Source of the DNA: Octopus bimaculoides
Lineage: Eukaryota
NCBI RefSeq assembly: GCF_001194135.2
Contig: NC_068981.1
Coordinates: 147,835,424 to 147,899,423, forward strand
Reading direction: 5' to 3'
DNA length: 64,000 bases
How positions within the stretch are numbered: position 1 is the stretch's first letter; every line of letters begins with the position of its first letter. The translations under genes and the position numbers were made by a program. This document shows positions 50,707 through 63,119 of this stretch, in pieces. The notes under the pieces are model-generated. The model made no database searches, had not been told where the DNA came from, and saw only the letters and a program-made list of their open reading frames with translations.

Positions 50707-51054
50707 TAGGGATGGTCATATTTTGCCAATTAAACACACGCACTATATATCTGGTCTTCACTTCAGTTTTCATCATCATCATCATATAACGTTTGTTGTC
50801 CATATTGGCATGGATTGGACAGTTTGACCAGAGCTGGTAAGCTGAGGACTGTACCAGGCTCCAGCCTGATTTGACATGGTTTCCATGGCTGGATGCCCTT
50901 CCTAATGCCAACCACTCCAAGAGTGTAATGGGTGTTTTTACACGCCACCAGCATGGGTGCGAGGTGCATGACACCAGTATTTGCCATAACTATGATTACA
51001 CTTGGCTTTTATTATTATTTTAGTTTCTATGTCGAAGTTCTTTTGTCACACATT
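50707..51054 (-). mobile_element. Truncated copy of Penelope-derived family 2 interrupted by a (GAT)n-tailed SINE
   Basis: Matches the 10.44-10.56 kb body. It retains only the 3' half of the hammerhead (minus GTGAC-AAAA-GAACTTCGAC, 51050-51031). The SINE insertion occupies about 50770-51008. Confidence 0.6.
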
Positions 51055-51156
51055 GGTTTCTTTCCCTTGAAACAGTAGTGTTCCTTTGAAATTATTAACC
51101 ATAAAACAGAAGCTAAAACTGAAGACTACATTTTGCATTCATCTAACATCACATTA

Positions 51157-51190
<34 letters not shown>

Positions 51191-51389
51191 GTTTAACGTC
51201 CGCTTTCCATGCTAGCATGGGTTGGACGACTTGACTGAGGACTGGTGAAACCGGATGGCAACACCAGGCTCCAATCTAAATTTGGCAGAGTTTCTACAGC
51301 TGGATGCCCTTCCTAACGCCAACCATTCAGAGAGTGTAGTATACATAACTGTTAAAACTCTTTTAGAGATACTTGCTCTATCGAAGGTA

Positions 51390-51809
51390 CTCTTTACTCT
51401 CTTTTACTCTTTTACTTGTTTCAGTCATTTGACTGTGACCATGCTGGAGCACCGCCTTTAGTCGAGCAAATCGACCCCAGGACTTATTCTTTGGAAGCCT
51501 AGTACTTATTCTATTGGTCTCTTTTTGCCAAACTGCTAAGTTACGGGGATGTAAACACACCACCATCGGTTGTCAAGCGATGTTGGGGGAACAAACACAG
51601 ACACACAAACATATACACACACATATACACATATATACATATATATGACAGGCTTCTTTCAGTTTCCGTCTACCAAATCCACTCACAAGGCTTTGGTCAG
51701 CCCGAGGCTATAGTAGAAGACACTTGCCCAAGGTGCCACGCAGTGGGAATGAACCCAGAACCATGTGGTTGGTAAGCAAGCTACTTACCACACAGCCACT
51801 CCTGCGCCT
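51390..51809 (-). mobile_element. SINE family B, full-length tRNA-derived copy (partial or degraded copies at about 4625-4800, 11020-11335, 13115-13720, 20015-20530, 23250-23650, 24215-24410, 29330-29545, 29755-29900, 31745-31910, 42130-42290, 43930-44060, 49735-49990, 53010-53385, 55190-55570)
   Basis: Minus-strand head AGGCGCAGGAGTGGCTGTGTGGTAAG...GGGTTCATTCCC (A/B boxes), an internal TA/TG microsatellite, and a 3' GACTGAAACAAGTAAAAGA repeat tail. Confidence 0.9.
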
Positions 51810-51908
51810 ATGTGCAAAACAAATAATCTTGCTGTGAAATGAAAAATCTCAGAGGATATACAGCAAGTTGTACATAGAACAAACAAACGTCGAAAGGAGC
51901 CTCTACAT

Positions 51909-52221
51909 CAGTGATTTCCAAAGTCGGCATTACTGGCTCCCTACTGCCTCCCTAAGAGCAGTGGAAAGGTCTGAGGGTGGGATGGGGTTGGGGGCATTGA
52001 AGAAAAGTGGGGTGATAATGGGGTTGCCAAAAGGGGGTGGTAGATGTAAAAACAACAAAATAATGGGTTAATTAGGTTAGGTTTTATTTGTGAAATACAG
52101 TTGTTCTGAATTTGCTGCAGGAAGTGGTCTATGTCTGTGGGGGTGAGTTGGGGTGAGGGGCGCTAGGAATATGGCCTGGGTATTAAAGGGACAGCAGCCC
52201 AAAAAAGTTTTGGATCCACTG
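51909..52221. mobile_element. hAT-type MITE (G-rich interior)
   Basis: TIR CAGTGATTTCCAAA / TTTGGATCCACTG. Flanks CTCTACAT/TTGTACAT (6 of 8). Confidence 0.65.
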
Positions 52222-52269
52222 TTGTACATGATCATTAGACCAACTTGAAACAGCTTCTTGAAGTAGAGA

Positions 52270-52400
52270 TGAGGTGGAAGAAAAACTGGGTGTAAGAGGA
52301 ATCAGTTGTAGTATGCAAGAGAGATAGCTAGTTCATATAGATCTGTAATATATATGGATGATGACAGATGGGTGAAGAAGTGCCAAGTGATTCATGAGGA
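52270..52400 (+). mobile_element. Old RTE LINE fragment
   Basis: KLGVRGISCSMQER...MDDDRWVKKC. Confidence 0.5.
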
Positions 52401-52560
52401 AAGAAGTCACTCCGAATTCTGGCCCACAGATAAAAAGTCTCCTTACATTGCCTTTCTACTGTAGTGACTAAGCTGTTTAGCAAGTCTCCTATAGTGACTA
52501 AGCTGTTTAGCAAGTCTCCTGCCATCTCAAACTCTCCTAATTCATTCATTTCTTCTCCTC

Positions 52561-52936
52561 TTATTACTACCTTTGCCTTAGCGAAGGTGGAGGTATTGTT
52601 TTCAGTCGTGTTCCTTTGTTTGTTTGTCTGTGGACAAGATATCTCAAGAACTGCTGGATGGATGCGGATGAAACTTTCAGGGATATTTGACCTCGTGATT
52701 GGCATGAACTGATTAGATTTTGGGATTGATCCAGTACTGGACAAGGATTCTGGATTATTTTTCTGTTTTTTTTTCTTAATTTTTGAGAGCAGTTGGATTC
52801 ATTTTTAGTATTCTCGTTTGTGAGAGCAGTTGAGTTTATTTTAAATATTCTCATTTTAAAAATCACCTCTGGCTAATCGTTGAGAGGACATTGGTGTTGT
52901 CTTGGTGGAGGTTTGTGCTCTCTGAGTGCTCTTGTT
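52561..52936 (+). mobile_element. Helentron/DINE-1-like non-autonomous element (HINE)
   Basis: 5' TTATTAC followed by an ACCTTTGCC..AGGTGGAGGT hairpin and a GTTT/GTCT tract. The 3' end has GGTGGAGG, then the GTGCTCTCTGAGTGC hairpin, then TT. Confidence 0.7.
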
Positions 52937-54191
52937 CATATTGTATCTGTTTCACAGGCTTAATATAAACCACTACATCCAGTTCTTCCATCTCAAAATG
53001 TCAGCCCTCTGGAATTACTTGTTTCAGTCATTAGACTGCAGCCATACTGGGGCACCACTTTGAAGAATTTTTAGTCAAATGAATCAACTTTAGTACTTAT
53101 TGTTTCTAAGTTTGATACTTATTCTATCAGCCACTTTTGCCAAACTGCTAAGTTATGAGGATGCACACACCAACACTGATTTATTAAGCAGTAGCGGAGA
53201 ACAAACACAGACAGAAAAACATACATATATGATGGACTTCTTTCAGTTTCCATCTACCAAATCCACTCACGCGGCTTGAAACTATAGCTGAAGACACTTA
53301 CCCAAAGTGCCATGCAGTGGGACTGAACCCGGAATTGTGTGGTTGGGAAGCAAACCTTTTACCTTACAGCCATGCCAATGCCTAAAAAATAGAGCCATTC
53401 CCATGCTGGAAATTGAACCCAGGTTGCCTGGGTGAAAGGAATCTTAACCACTAGCTTATGTTCTTTTCCTGCAGCCATCAACTTTCAACTAGGAATAATA
53501 ATCTTGTTAATCTCACCAGTCTTACAAGACTTGCAAAGGCATGGATATGACCCCTTGCTCCAGATCAAATCAGTAATGTTTTTTTTTTTTTTTCGTTTTT
53601 TAATCTAAATAAACTCGAAATTTCTATTATGTTACTAATCCATCAATTTTGGGTTTAGACAGAGATTAAATGTTGAACAATTAGATAATGAACTTCTCAT
53701 TAATTATCATATTAATCAATTCCCATTCCCTTGATAGTTAAATTATAACTATACTGAAACATGTAGAGTTAAAAGCTTTGCCCAAGGTTACAATATAGGA
53801 TCACTTATTAATTATACTACTGAGACTCAATACATTTATTTCTAACTATTCCATTAATCAACTACCATTAACTATTTTATATTTTCTGCTATAGACTATT
53901 TTTGTATTTTCCTGTATTTTACATTCTTTCTTTTGTGACAGAATGTGTATTTGAAAGCTTCCTCAGATTTGGATATTGGAATATTGTGGGAGTAAATGTT
54001 TTTATAGCTGAATAGTTTCACTGGTTCAAAACACTCAACAGTGATGAGCCAGTGAGGAAGCCTCCACTGGGTTATTTCACCTGTTAGATACAGCAGTCAA
54101 ATATCCCTCATATTACCAGAATAAGTCCAGGACTTTATCAGTCTCTTCTGCTGAACTGTTGTCAAGTTGTGTGTAGGGAGACAAACAAAAA

Positions 54192-54234
<43 letters not shown>

Positions 54235-55639
54235 ACACACGTACACATACACACATACAAAAACATATACCATCTTACATAAGAAAGAACCTATTTGATG
54301 ATGAAGTTCTTGACACATTGTCTTGACAAGAGAAACATGTATGGTTACATTTGGAATGCATTTATCATAAATCTACATGATGAAGGATGACCTGAAGCTA
54401 AACAGAAACATCTATACATAGCCCCTACTTTCAGTGAACCAAACTAAAGCATGTATCAAAAGTGTCTTCACTAGAATCCTAAATTACTGTATCAAGGTTT
54501 CAAATCATGAACATGCTGGCATCTAAAATGCATATTCAGGCATCCAAGTTGTTCTCAGAAATATGATTTGTAGAATGCATGGAATTTGAAATTTGAAATC
54601 TGAAATCGAAATTGAACCGAATCCGACGACTGGCACCCATGCCAACCTTTCCTTCATTGAACACTAAACTCTGCTTGTGAAGACCTGTTGGGGAAAGTGA
54701 AATCATAATTGAACCATACTTGATGACTGGCACTGTGCCAGTGGAGCACTAACAGCACTGTCGAGCGTGTTCATTGCCAGAGCAGCTGTCTGGCTTCCAT
54801 ACTAGTGGCCCGTAAATAGCACCATTAGAGCGTAATAGCTACCAGTGTTGCCTTCTAGCACTTGTGCTGGTGGCACGTTAGAAAACCATTCAAGCGGGGT
54901 CGTTGCCAGTGCCACTGGACTGGTTCCCATGCTGGTTGCATGTAAAAAGCACCATTCAAGCATGGTCGTTGCCAGTGCTACCTGACTGACCTTTGTGCCG
55001 GTGGTACGTATAAGCACCCACTACACTCTCGGAGTGGTTGGCGTTAGGAAGGGCATCTAGCTGTAGAAACTCTCCCAGATCAGATTGGAGCCTGGTGCAG
55101 CCTTCTGGCTTGCCAGTCCAGTCCTCAGTGAAATCGTCCAACCCATGCTAGCATGGAAAGCGGACATTAAATGATAATGATGATGATGGCTGTGTGGTTA
55201 AGAAGCTTGTTTTGCAATCACATGATTTGGGGTTCAGTCCTACTACATGGCACCCTCAGATAAATATCCTCTGCTATAGCCCCAGGATAACCAACGTCGT
55301 ATGAATGGATTTAGAGGGGGGGAAACACTGTGGAAGTCTGTCATACATAATGTGTGTGTGTGTGTGTGTACATGTGTGTGTATCTTTGTGTTTGTTCCTC
55401 TACACACAGCTTGATGACTGGTGTTGCTTTGTTTACATCCATATAACTTAACAAAAGACACTGATAAAGTACCAGACTTATTCCAGTACTGGTGTCGGTT
55501 TGTTTGACTAAATCCTTCAAGGTGATGCCCCAACATGGCTACAGATAAATGACTGAACCAAGTAAAAGATAAAAGATATTCCTAAGCATGTAGATAGATG
55601 AATACAGAAAACAGGAGAAAGGAATTGGGAGGTCACAAC

Positions 55640-55865
55640 TTATGTACTACATACATGTGATTAGAATGTCACAGGAAAGAATTGCAGGACAGATTTTTCA
55701 AGCCAAGCCAAGTGCCAGGAGACCTAGGGGTACACCAAGAACAAAATGAACAGATAATATCCATAGTCTCAGTTGCTCATGTTTGGCAATCCAGCTCGAA
55801 AATCAAATGACAGCTGTTTCTGATAGGACCCTACGGAGGAACTGCCAGAGGACTCTACTCAGGAA
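55640..55865 (+). mobile_element. RTE-like LINE C-terminal fragment
   Basis: HVIRMSQERIAGQIFQAKPSARRPRGTPRTK*TDNI resembles the RTE GHV.RM...RPRGRP.TRW motif. Confidence 0.65.
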
Positions 55866-56089
55866 TAGTGGGCAAAGAAGATCATCATCGTTTAACTTCC
55901 GCTTTCCATGCTAGCATGGGTTGGATGATTTGACTGAGGACTGGTGAACCAGATGGCTACACCAGGCTCCACCAAATGTTAGTATAATACAAGACTGTAT
56001 TACACTTAAGGGGAACTTCTTAACCATGCCTATACCCTAATTTCATTTAGAAAATAAATTCAGTAGTTGGAGAAGAATCTAAAATGGTG

Positions 56090-56149
<60 letters not shown>

Positions 56150-57616
56150 AAACAAAAATTTTGAGAAAAATACACCAACAATGAGTTGAGCTAATGAGGG
56201 AATGTTTCTGTGGTCAGTCGACCAGCAAGAAATAGCAGCTAAAATCTTCCTGAGATCATGCCCAACTGTCTTTAAACTTGTATTAAAAAAAAGCACACTG
56301 AATGACGTAGTCCAAAATAGAATATGTAGTATGAAAAGAAAGAAGATGAAGTGGTCATGGCTGGAATGCCTTTGATCATAAGTCTACTTGATGAAAGTTG
56401 ACCCAGATCTAAACAGCTATAACAGCACAATAAGAGTAACTTGCCTCAATGTTGTTACAAAGTCAATTAACTGAAGTTTATTAAGTCTCTCTCTCTCGAG
56501 AGAGCTATTATTTCTGAACAATACTCATTTGGCTGTCCCTCAATAATGTTTCCCTTTGTCAAGATACCTAAGTAATGTCACCCTGTCCAGCTAAGATAAT
56601 TTGCAGCTATTAACCTAGTCAAAATTATTCAACTTTATAGACATCAAATCATTGTAGCGTGGAAACTTAGAAAAATCACTTCAAAATATTTTAGAATGAG
56701 ATTCTAATTTAATGAGAGTTTGTAAAATTACATTATTCTATTACAAAATTACTTTTAATTATATCATATCATTAAGCCATTACAGTGGCTAATTATTGCT
56801 TTCATATTAATTCTATGCCTCATTTTATCATATCACTGGTATTCTGTTTTCATATCAATTATTACCTTCATATGATACTACTTTATGACTGACCCTACAT
56901 GTAGTATACCATACTTTCTATATTATTTGTTTACTGTACATATCAGACAATGAGGAAACTGCTACATGGTAATTCAAGCTGCTACAAATAACAACCAAAC
57001 CTCTTATTTCATATGCTTTCATCATCATCATCGTCGTTGTTTAACATTTGTTTGATGATGATAGTGATGATGGGGGTGGGGTGGTGCTGCTGCTGCTGTT
57101 GTTGGTAGCATATATTTTGAGGGAGATTTGGTTGCTACTCATAGCAGTGTTGAATTGTCATGTTTAGAGGTTCCCTAGAAGGAGACAGTGTATGATGACC
57201 TTGATACACAATATCAGGATGAAAGATGGGACAGATGCACCAGGAATGATTTAGATCAAAGCTCTGCACAAACAAGGCTTACCTGGAACTAAACAACAAT
57301 AAGTATAATAAGCCTCATTCATGGTCAGATAGTTAAGAAATGAATTTCTCAATCATGAGAGCCTGTGTTCAATCCTGCTGTGTGGTATCTTGATCAAGTA
57401 ATTTCTATCTAAGCCTCAAGTTGACCCAAACCTCAATGAGTACAAGTGATCAGAGAGAAACTACTGAATGGATTGCAAGTTAGCCTTGTTACACGTTTAT
57501 ATGGATTTTGGCTGAGGATCACATTAAGGATACAAGTGCTTATAGAATACTCAACCATTTACACTATAATTTAATGAGTCAGTATTTTTGTTGATTGAAT
57601 AACACAAACATCCTGG

Positions 57617-57826
57617 CAGAAACGTTAGCACGCCGGGCGAAATGCTTAGCAGTGTATCGTCTGCCGTTACATTCTGAGTTCAGATTCCGCCGAGGTCCAC
57701 TTTGCCTCTCATCCTTTCGGGGTCGATAAATTTAGTACCAGTTACGCACTGGGGTCGATATAATCGACTTTGTCTGTCCTTGTTTGTCCCCTCTATGTTT
57801 AGCCCCTTGTGGGCAATAAAGAAATA
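57617..57826 (+). mobile_element. SINE family A, young copy
   Basis: 13-bp TSD ACAAACATCCTGG (57604-57616, 57827-57839), B-box-like GAGTTCAGATTCC, CpGs intact. Confidence 0.85.
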
Positions 57827-58850
57827 ACAAACATCCTGGACTACATCCACAAAAAGACTAATTGACTGACATGCCTTAAATCACTAACAGGCACACTCTT
57901 AATTCTTGTCCATGTGTGTTCTATCTCTTCTCACTCTTTTTCATTATTACTATAAATCACTAGTCTCAAACCTCCTCTACTCAGGCACCCTTGATTTTCT
58001 TATCTCTTCACCTCTTGTCACCTTTGCTGCATCCAACTACTCACCCATCCAATACTACACTAAGCACTTTAAACCAAGTTCTTCTTCTCCAGAATATCAA
58101 CCCACTGGAATTTTCTCCCTGCTCACGTCTTTTCTGCAGGTGTTAACTTGCAAAATTTTAAATGGAACATTAACGGCATCAAGTTTGGGGTCATCGACAG
58201 CCTTGATCTACTCTCAAACTTGGAACAGGCAAAATGAGCCACTCCTCTCCTGATTGGAGGTGGCTGTTTTGCAGACATAATGAATACACAGTGCCAAGAT
58301 AGACTTGAGTTCTATTTTCACTCATTAGATTTTCACTCAGTGTATTAAACAACGAGGATATAGTAGAAGACATTCACCTGAGATACTACCCATTGGGGCT
58401 AAACCCAGAGCCATATGGTTATGAAGCAACCTTTCTAACTATACAGCCCCTATACTGCTATTTTATTTTTAATTCTTTTTTTAAGAGCTAACAACTCAGT
58501 GAGACAGCTAGTATAGTTCTTTAATAGGGACTGAGGGCTCAAGTGTAGCCATTAGAACTTCTCTCTAATATGGATATGAAAATAAAGATGTAATGCAGTA
58601 TATCAAAATTTACCAATGTAGTTGTACAGTTGAAGAATAATATTTACAAATAAATAATGTCTTTCGTTTCATTCTATAAATAAGAGTGGTAACATTTTGA
58701 TGTGAAGTGAAAAATAGAAAGATAAGAGCTCCCAAGACAGAAAAGGTAGCAAATATATAATCAAGGAAGATAGTTTCACAGATGCTGTCTACAAAGATTG
58801 CATGTTCAATATAACCTATGCAGACTTTTACACCATCTAAAGAATCAAAT

Positions 58851-58885
<35 letters not shown>

Positions 58886-58979
58886 GCACGCACGCACGCA
58901 CATATATAGTTCAAATTTACAGAAAACAAAAGACAGGTGAGGGAACAACAATGTATGTATATATCTATCTGTGTATATA

Positions 58980-59855
58980 CAGGGTGCGATGGGTAAATTG
59001 TTGCCATTTTATGGCTTTAATTTCGCACGTGCACATTGTTTGTTTTTGATTTTATCAACTACACTGTATAGTAGAGTCAGTTGGGCACTGTCTGTGAGAA
59101 AAACAGCACTATGACGCAATTCACTCTGCCAGAAATTTGGAAACAAAAAGCTGTACTGCTTGGCATTCACATCCGAAGCTTCAATATGAACATTTCAGAG
59201 TGTTTGGTGCCAATCTGAGGGCAGTGCATGTACCGAGAGTGATAAAAATCAAACATTCACTCAACATCATGGTATTTGGAGTGATCACTTGTGATGATGA
59301 TGTTATGCCTCCATTCATCTTCGCACATGGCCTCAAACTCAACACAGAGGCTTACATCAAGTACCTGGAGGAGGTAGTGCTGCCCTGGGTCAAGAGGGTG
59401 GCTACTGGAGGACCCTATGTCTGGCAATGGGACTCTGCCCCATGCCACACAAGCAGGAGAACCCAGTCACGGCTGTCAAACAATTTCTGTAACCACATCA
59501 CCCGTAACATCTTGCCACCTAACTCTCCAGACTGCAACCCCTTGATTATTATGTGTGGGCCACAGTTGAACTAGAGACCAACAAAACTCCTTGTAACACC
59601 AAAGATGAACTGAAGGCAAGCATTATAGCAGCATTCACCAACTTAAACAAGGAGACCGTCCACAAGAGCTGCAGGAGATTCTGAAGTCATCTGGAGGGTG
59701 TGGTTGAAGCCAATGACGATTTTATTGAATAAATTTACTCTTTAGTATTTCAAGATATGTTTATGTAAATTTGGTAAATATATCTGTTAAAATGAGATGT
59801 CAGTGTTATTTTCATTTTTGCACAATTTAGATGACAGTTTATTCACCGCACCCTG
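58980..59855 (+). mobile_element. Internally deleted Tc1/mariner DD37D (maT-type) element, transposase pseudogene
   Basis: TIRs CAGGGTGCGATGGGTAAATTG / CAGTTTATTCACCGCACCCTG, with 5' TA. Encodes NIMVFGVIT..VMPPFIF..WQWDSAPCH..PPNSPDCNPL(D) with 37-residue D-D spacing, plus frameshifts and stops. Confidence 0.9.
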
Positions 59856-60892
59856 TTGTGTATATATTTTGGTTCTCTATAACCTTTGAACCATACAGTT
59901 TTCAAAATAACTGTGGAATTTATATATAATATCAATATATAATATCGATAAAAAAAAAATTGTTCTTTTTTTTTTAAACAGATAATAGATATTTCTCAAT
60001 TTGTCATTTTGTAATAGATCTTCAAATGGTGAACACCCCACTGATAAGCTCTTGACTATGAGGATTGTCTCCAATCATAGAAAATATTCCATAGTTATTT
60101 TATTTTATTTATTTATTCTTTGCATGCTGGTATCATTGATATTCTCACATAAAAAGAAAACAAAATATCATAACAGTAAAAAAAAAAGTCTTCAATTACC
60201 AACACTAACAGCAAATGGAAAATAGTTTTTTTCCAGTAGCTTCTGCTAAATAGTTGAATATTTCCCTGAAACTTTGTCAACTGACACATTAGTTCAGCAA
60301 CAAGGCAGAAACTACTTTTGTTTCAATGTTAATGCAATGCAATTTCAACATCATTTTTTCTTTTCCATTTTAGTTTTTAAAAAAATATTTGAAACGAACA
60401 ATTTTTACAGAATCTTTCAGTTGAAAGAATCAAATGTCATTTTATATCCACCATTAAATATACTGGAGTGTGTTTTCAACTGTAAATATGCAGTATGTTA
60501 ATTTTAAAAATTGGAAATTACCCGTGCAAATAATTAAGGGTAGGAAAATGTTTTATAACTTGAGAAAAATATATAATTTGATGAAATGCTTTACAAGTGT
60601 TCATTTTTTTCTTTTTTTTTTCAGCTTTTCCTTCTACAAGAGCAAGAAAATTGAAATGTTCTTGACAAATGTGATATTAATAAAAGTCCAAAAATGAAAG
60701 ATCATTTACAAATTGCCACCCACTGAGAAGCTCCTATTTACAACCACTGAACATAAATGATGTATCATTTCTACAGAAAAGCAGTTCCTGAAAGATATGT
60801 TAGATGTGTATAAAAATGAATTTTCATTGCTTCCAAATTTCTTTAGAATTTTTGGATTTTTCCTACTTTCTTATTCTCCTCACCCCTTCACC

Positions 60893-60938
<46 letters not shown>

Positions 60939-62669
60939 CTCTCTCTCTCTTTCGTTCTACTGTCACAGGTTCATTTTCTCTCTAATGTTATGTTGCTATG
61001 GAACAAAAGAGGAAAAGGTAGAGATAAAGATTATTGATTGACTTATTTCATCAAAGAAAAACCAAATGAAACTATAACCAAAAATCAGTGAACTGATTAG
61101 TATAGTAACATGATGGAAGAGCTAAAGCAAGGATGGAAGAATGTTGCCAAGAAATTTTATTGATTATCTCTTAATTTCTTTATCAAATTTTTTTTTTTCA
61201 GATAACTTTGTCAATATTTTGTGATTTCTGTTTCAGTAGAGTTTTTGCTTTCATTTATCAAGTTCCAAAACTGAGTCAAAATGTTAGAGTAGCAAAATTA
61301 GAGAATAGCTAAAAGATAACTAAAATCTGAAATATTTTAGTAGTATTATAACACATTCTTAAAGGATGCAAAACAAAATTTGAGATCATGTAAAGTATTC
61401 TTTCGATAATTTGAAATATTCAGCAAGGTGGGAGGGGGATACTCTATGATCATCTGAAATATTTCTTTAATAATCCTAACCTCTTAGAATACCAAAAGAT
61501 GTTTTGAAAGGAAAGAAAATATTCCATTAAGATATGCGAAATGTGATACATATGAAATATCCTAAAAGAGGTATACTATTTTGAGAATGCGTAACGTTCG
61601 ACAATGTGAAATGTGTATATGTACAATTTTTACTTTATGAAATGTGTGTGTTATTTCAGCAATGTGAAATATGTCAAAGAAAAATGTGTGTGTGTGTGTA
61701 TGTGTGTGTGTGCACTTGATGGCAACAATGGGAAATGTCTATACACATGTGTTATTTCTGCATATGCACAATGAGCATTATTTATGCAGTATGTACAACT
61801 GTGTTATTTATACAATGTGACCATGTCTGTAATTGTACAGTGTGTATGTGTTTGTTATCTTTACAATGTGAAAAGAATGTGTGAGCTTATTATTACTACA
61901 ATGTAAAATATGTGTTCTGCTTCCACAATAAAATATACATGTAAAATATGTTTACTTCTACAATGCAAAATATGTGTGTGCTATGCATATGTGTGTGCTA
62001 TGCATATGTGTGTCATGAGTCAATATGGATGTAGCCTGAAGACCTATACATATTTGTCCCCTTTGGTGAATGGGGAGGGAGAATATTTTATATGCACTGC
62101 TGGTATGTTCAATTCTTCATAATACATATAATATTATATCTTTTTTTTATACATTATTATATGTAATTACCAATATCTTTTACCACATTTTTTTAAGGAA
62201 CAGCAGCACTATGTGATCACTCAATCTACTAGAAATAGCAATCAAATCTCCCTCAAAATACACCCTATCATTTTGAAAATTGAAAGGACACATGGGATAA
62301 TGAAGTACCATTTACCTGGTTGATCAAGGCTCGTTGATTATACCTGAAATGCCTTTGATCATTACATCAGTTCAATCAGAGGAGATTTAGGATTAAGCAA
62401 AATTGGCAATTTCCTTTATTTCTTTAATTTTCTTAATATTATTTTATCTTTTTATTTCATTTCATTTTATTTTATATTTTTCTCAAATATAAAATAAAAT
62501 GAAAATATAAATATATATAAAAATATAAATAACATGGGTATTCCTTTTTTTTTCTTTCTAAAGTGTAAACCACCAATTACATTTTTTGGGGTTTTTCATG
62601 TAACCACCTACTAGTCATTCCTTCAAAGTTTTCAAAATATACTTCTAGGTTTAGCTTGGCACTAGAGTC

Positions 62670-62995
62670 ACATAAACAGCACTGGTGCTGGTGCCATGAA
62701 AAAAGCATTGGTGCCGGTGTCACATAAAAAGCACTGGTAATGGTGTCATGAAAAAAGCATTGGTGCTGGTGCCAGTTAAAAAGCACTGGTAATGGTGCCA
62801 TGAAAAAAGCATTGGTGCTGGTGCCACATAAAAAGCACTGGTGACGGTGCCACATAAGCAACACTGATGTTGGTGTCACATAAAAAGCACTGGTAATGGT
62901 GCCATGAAAAAAGCACTGGTGATGGTGCCACATAAAAACCACCAGAGCTGGTGTCACATAAAAAGTACCAGAACTGGTGCTACATAAAAAGCTCC
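62670..62995. repeat. 26-bp minisatellite (12 units plus a partial unit) fused to a family C SINE 3' end
   Basis: Units start every 26 bp (62670, 62696, 62722 ... 62982). Variants are ACATAAAAAGCACTGGTAATGGTGYC and ATGAAAAAAGCATTGGTGCTGGTGCC. Confidence 0.93.
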
Positions 62996-63068
62996 CAGTA
63001 CGCACTGTAAAGTGGTTGGCATTAGAAATGGCATTCAGCTGTAGAAACCAAGACAAAACAGATGTTAA

Positions 63069-63119
<51 letters not shown>

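Noticed and set aside
52470-52530. 30-bp tandem duplication TAGTGACTAAGCTGTTTAGCAAGTCTCCT
   Set aside because: A simple two-copy local duplication beside an old LINE fragment; no further structure.
58140-58240. WNINGIK motif suggesting an AP-endonuclease exon
   Set aside because: The downstream LQE motif is absent and the frame closes after about 30 codons; not supportable.
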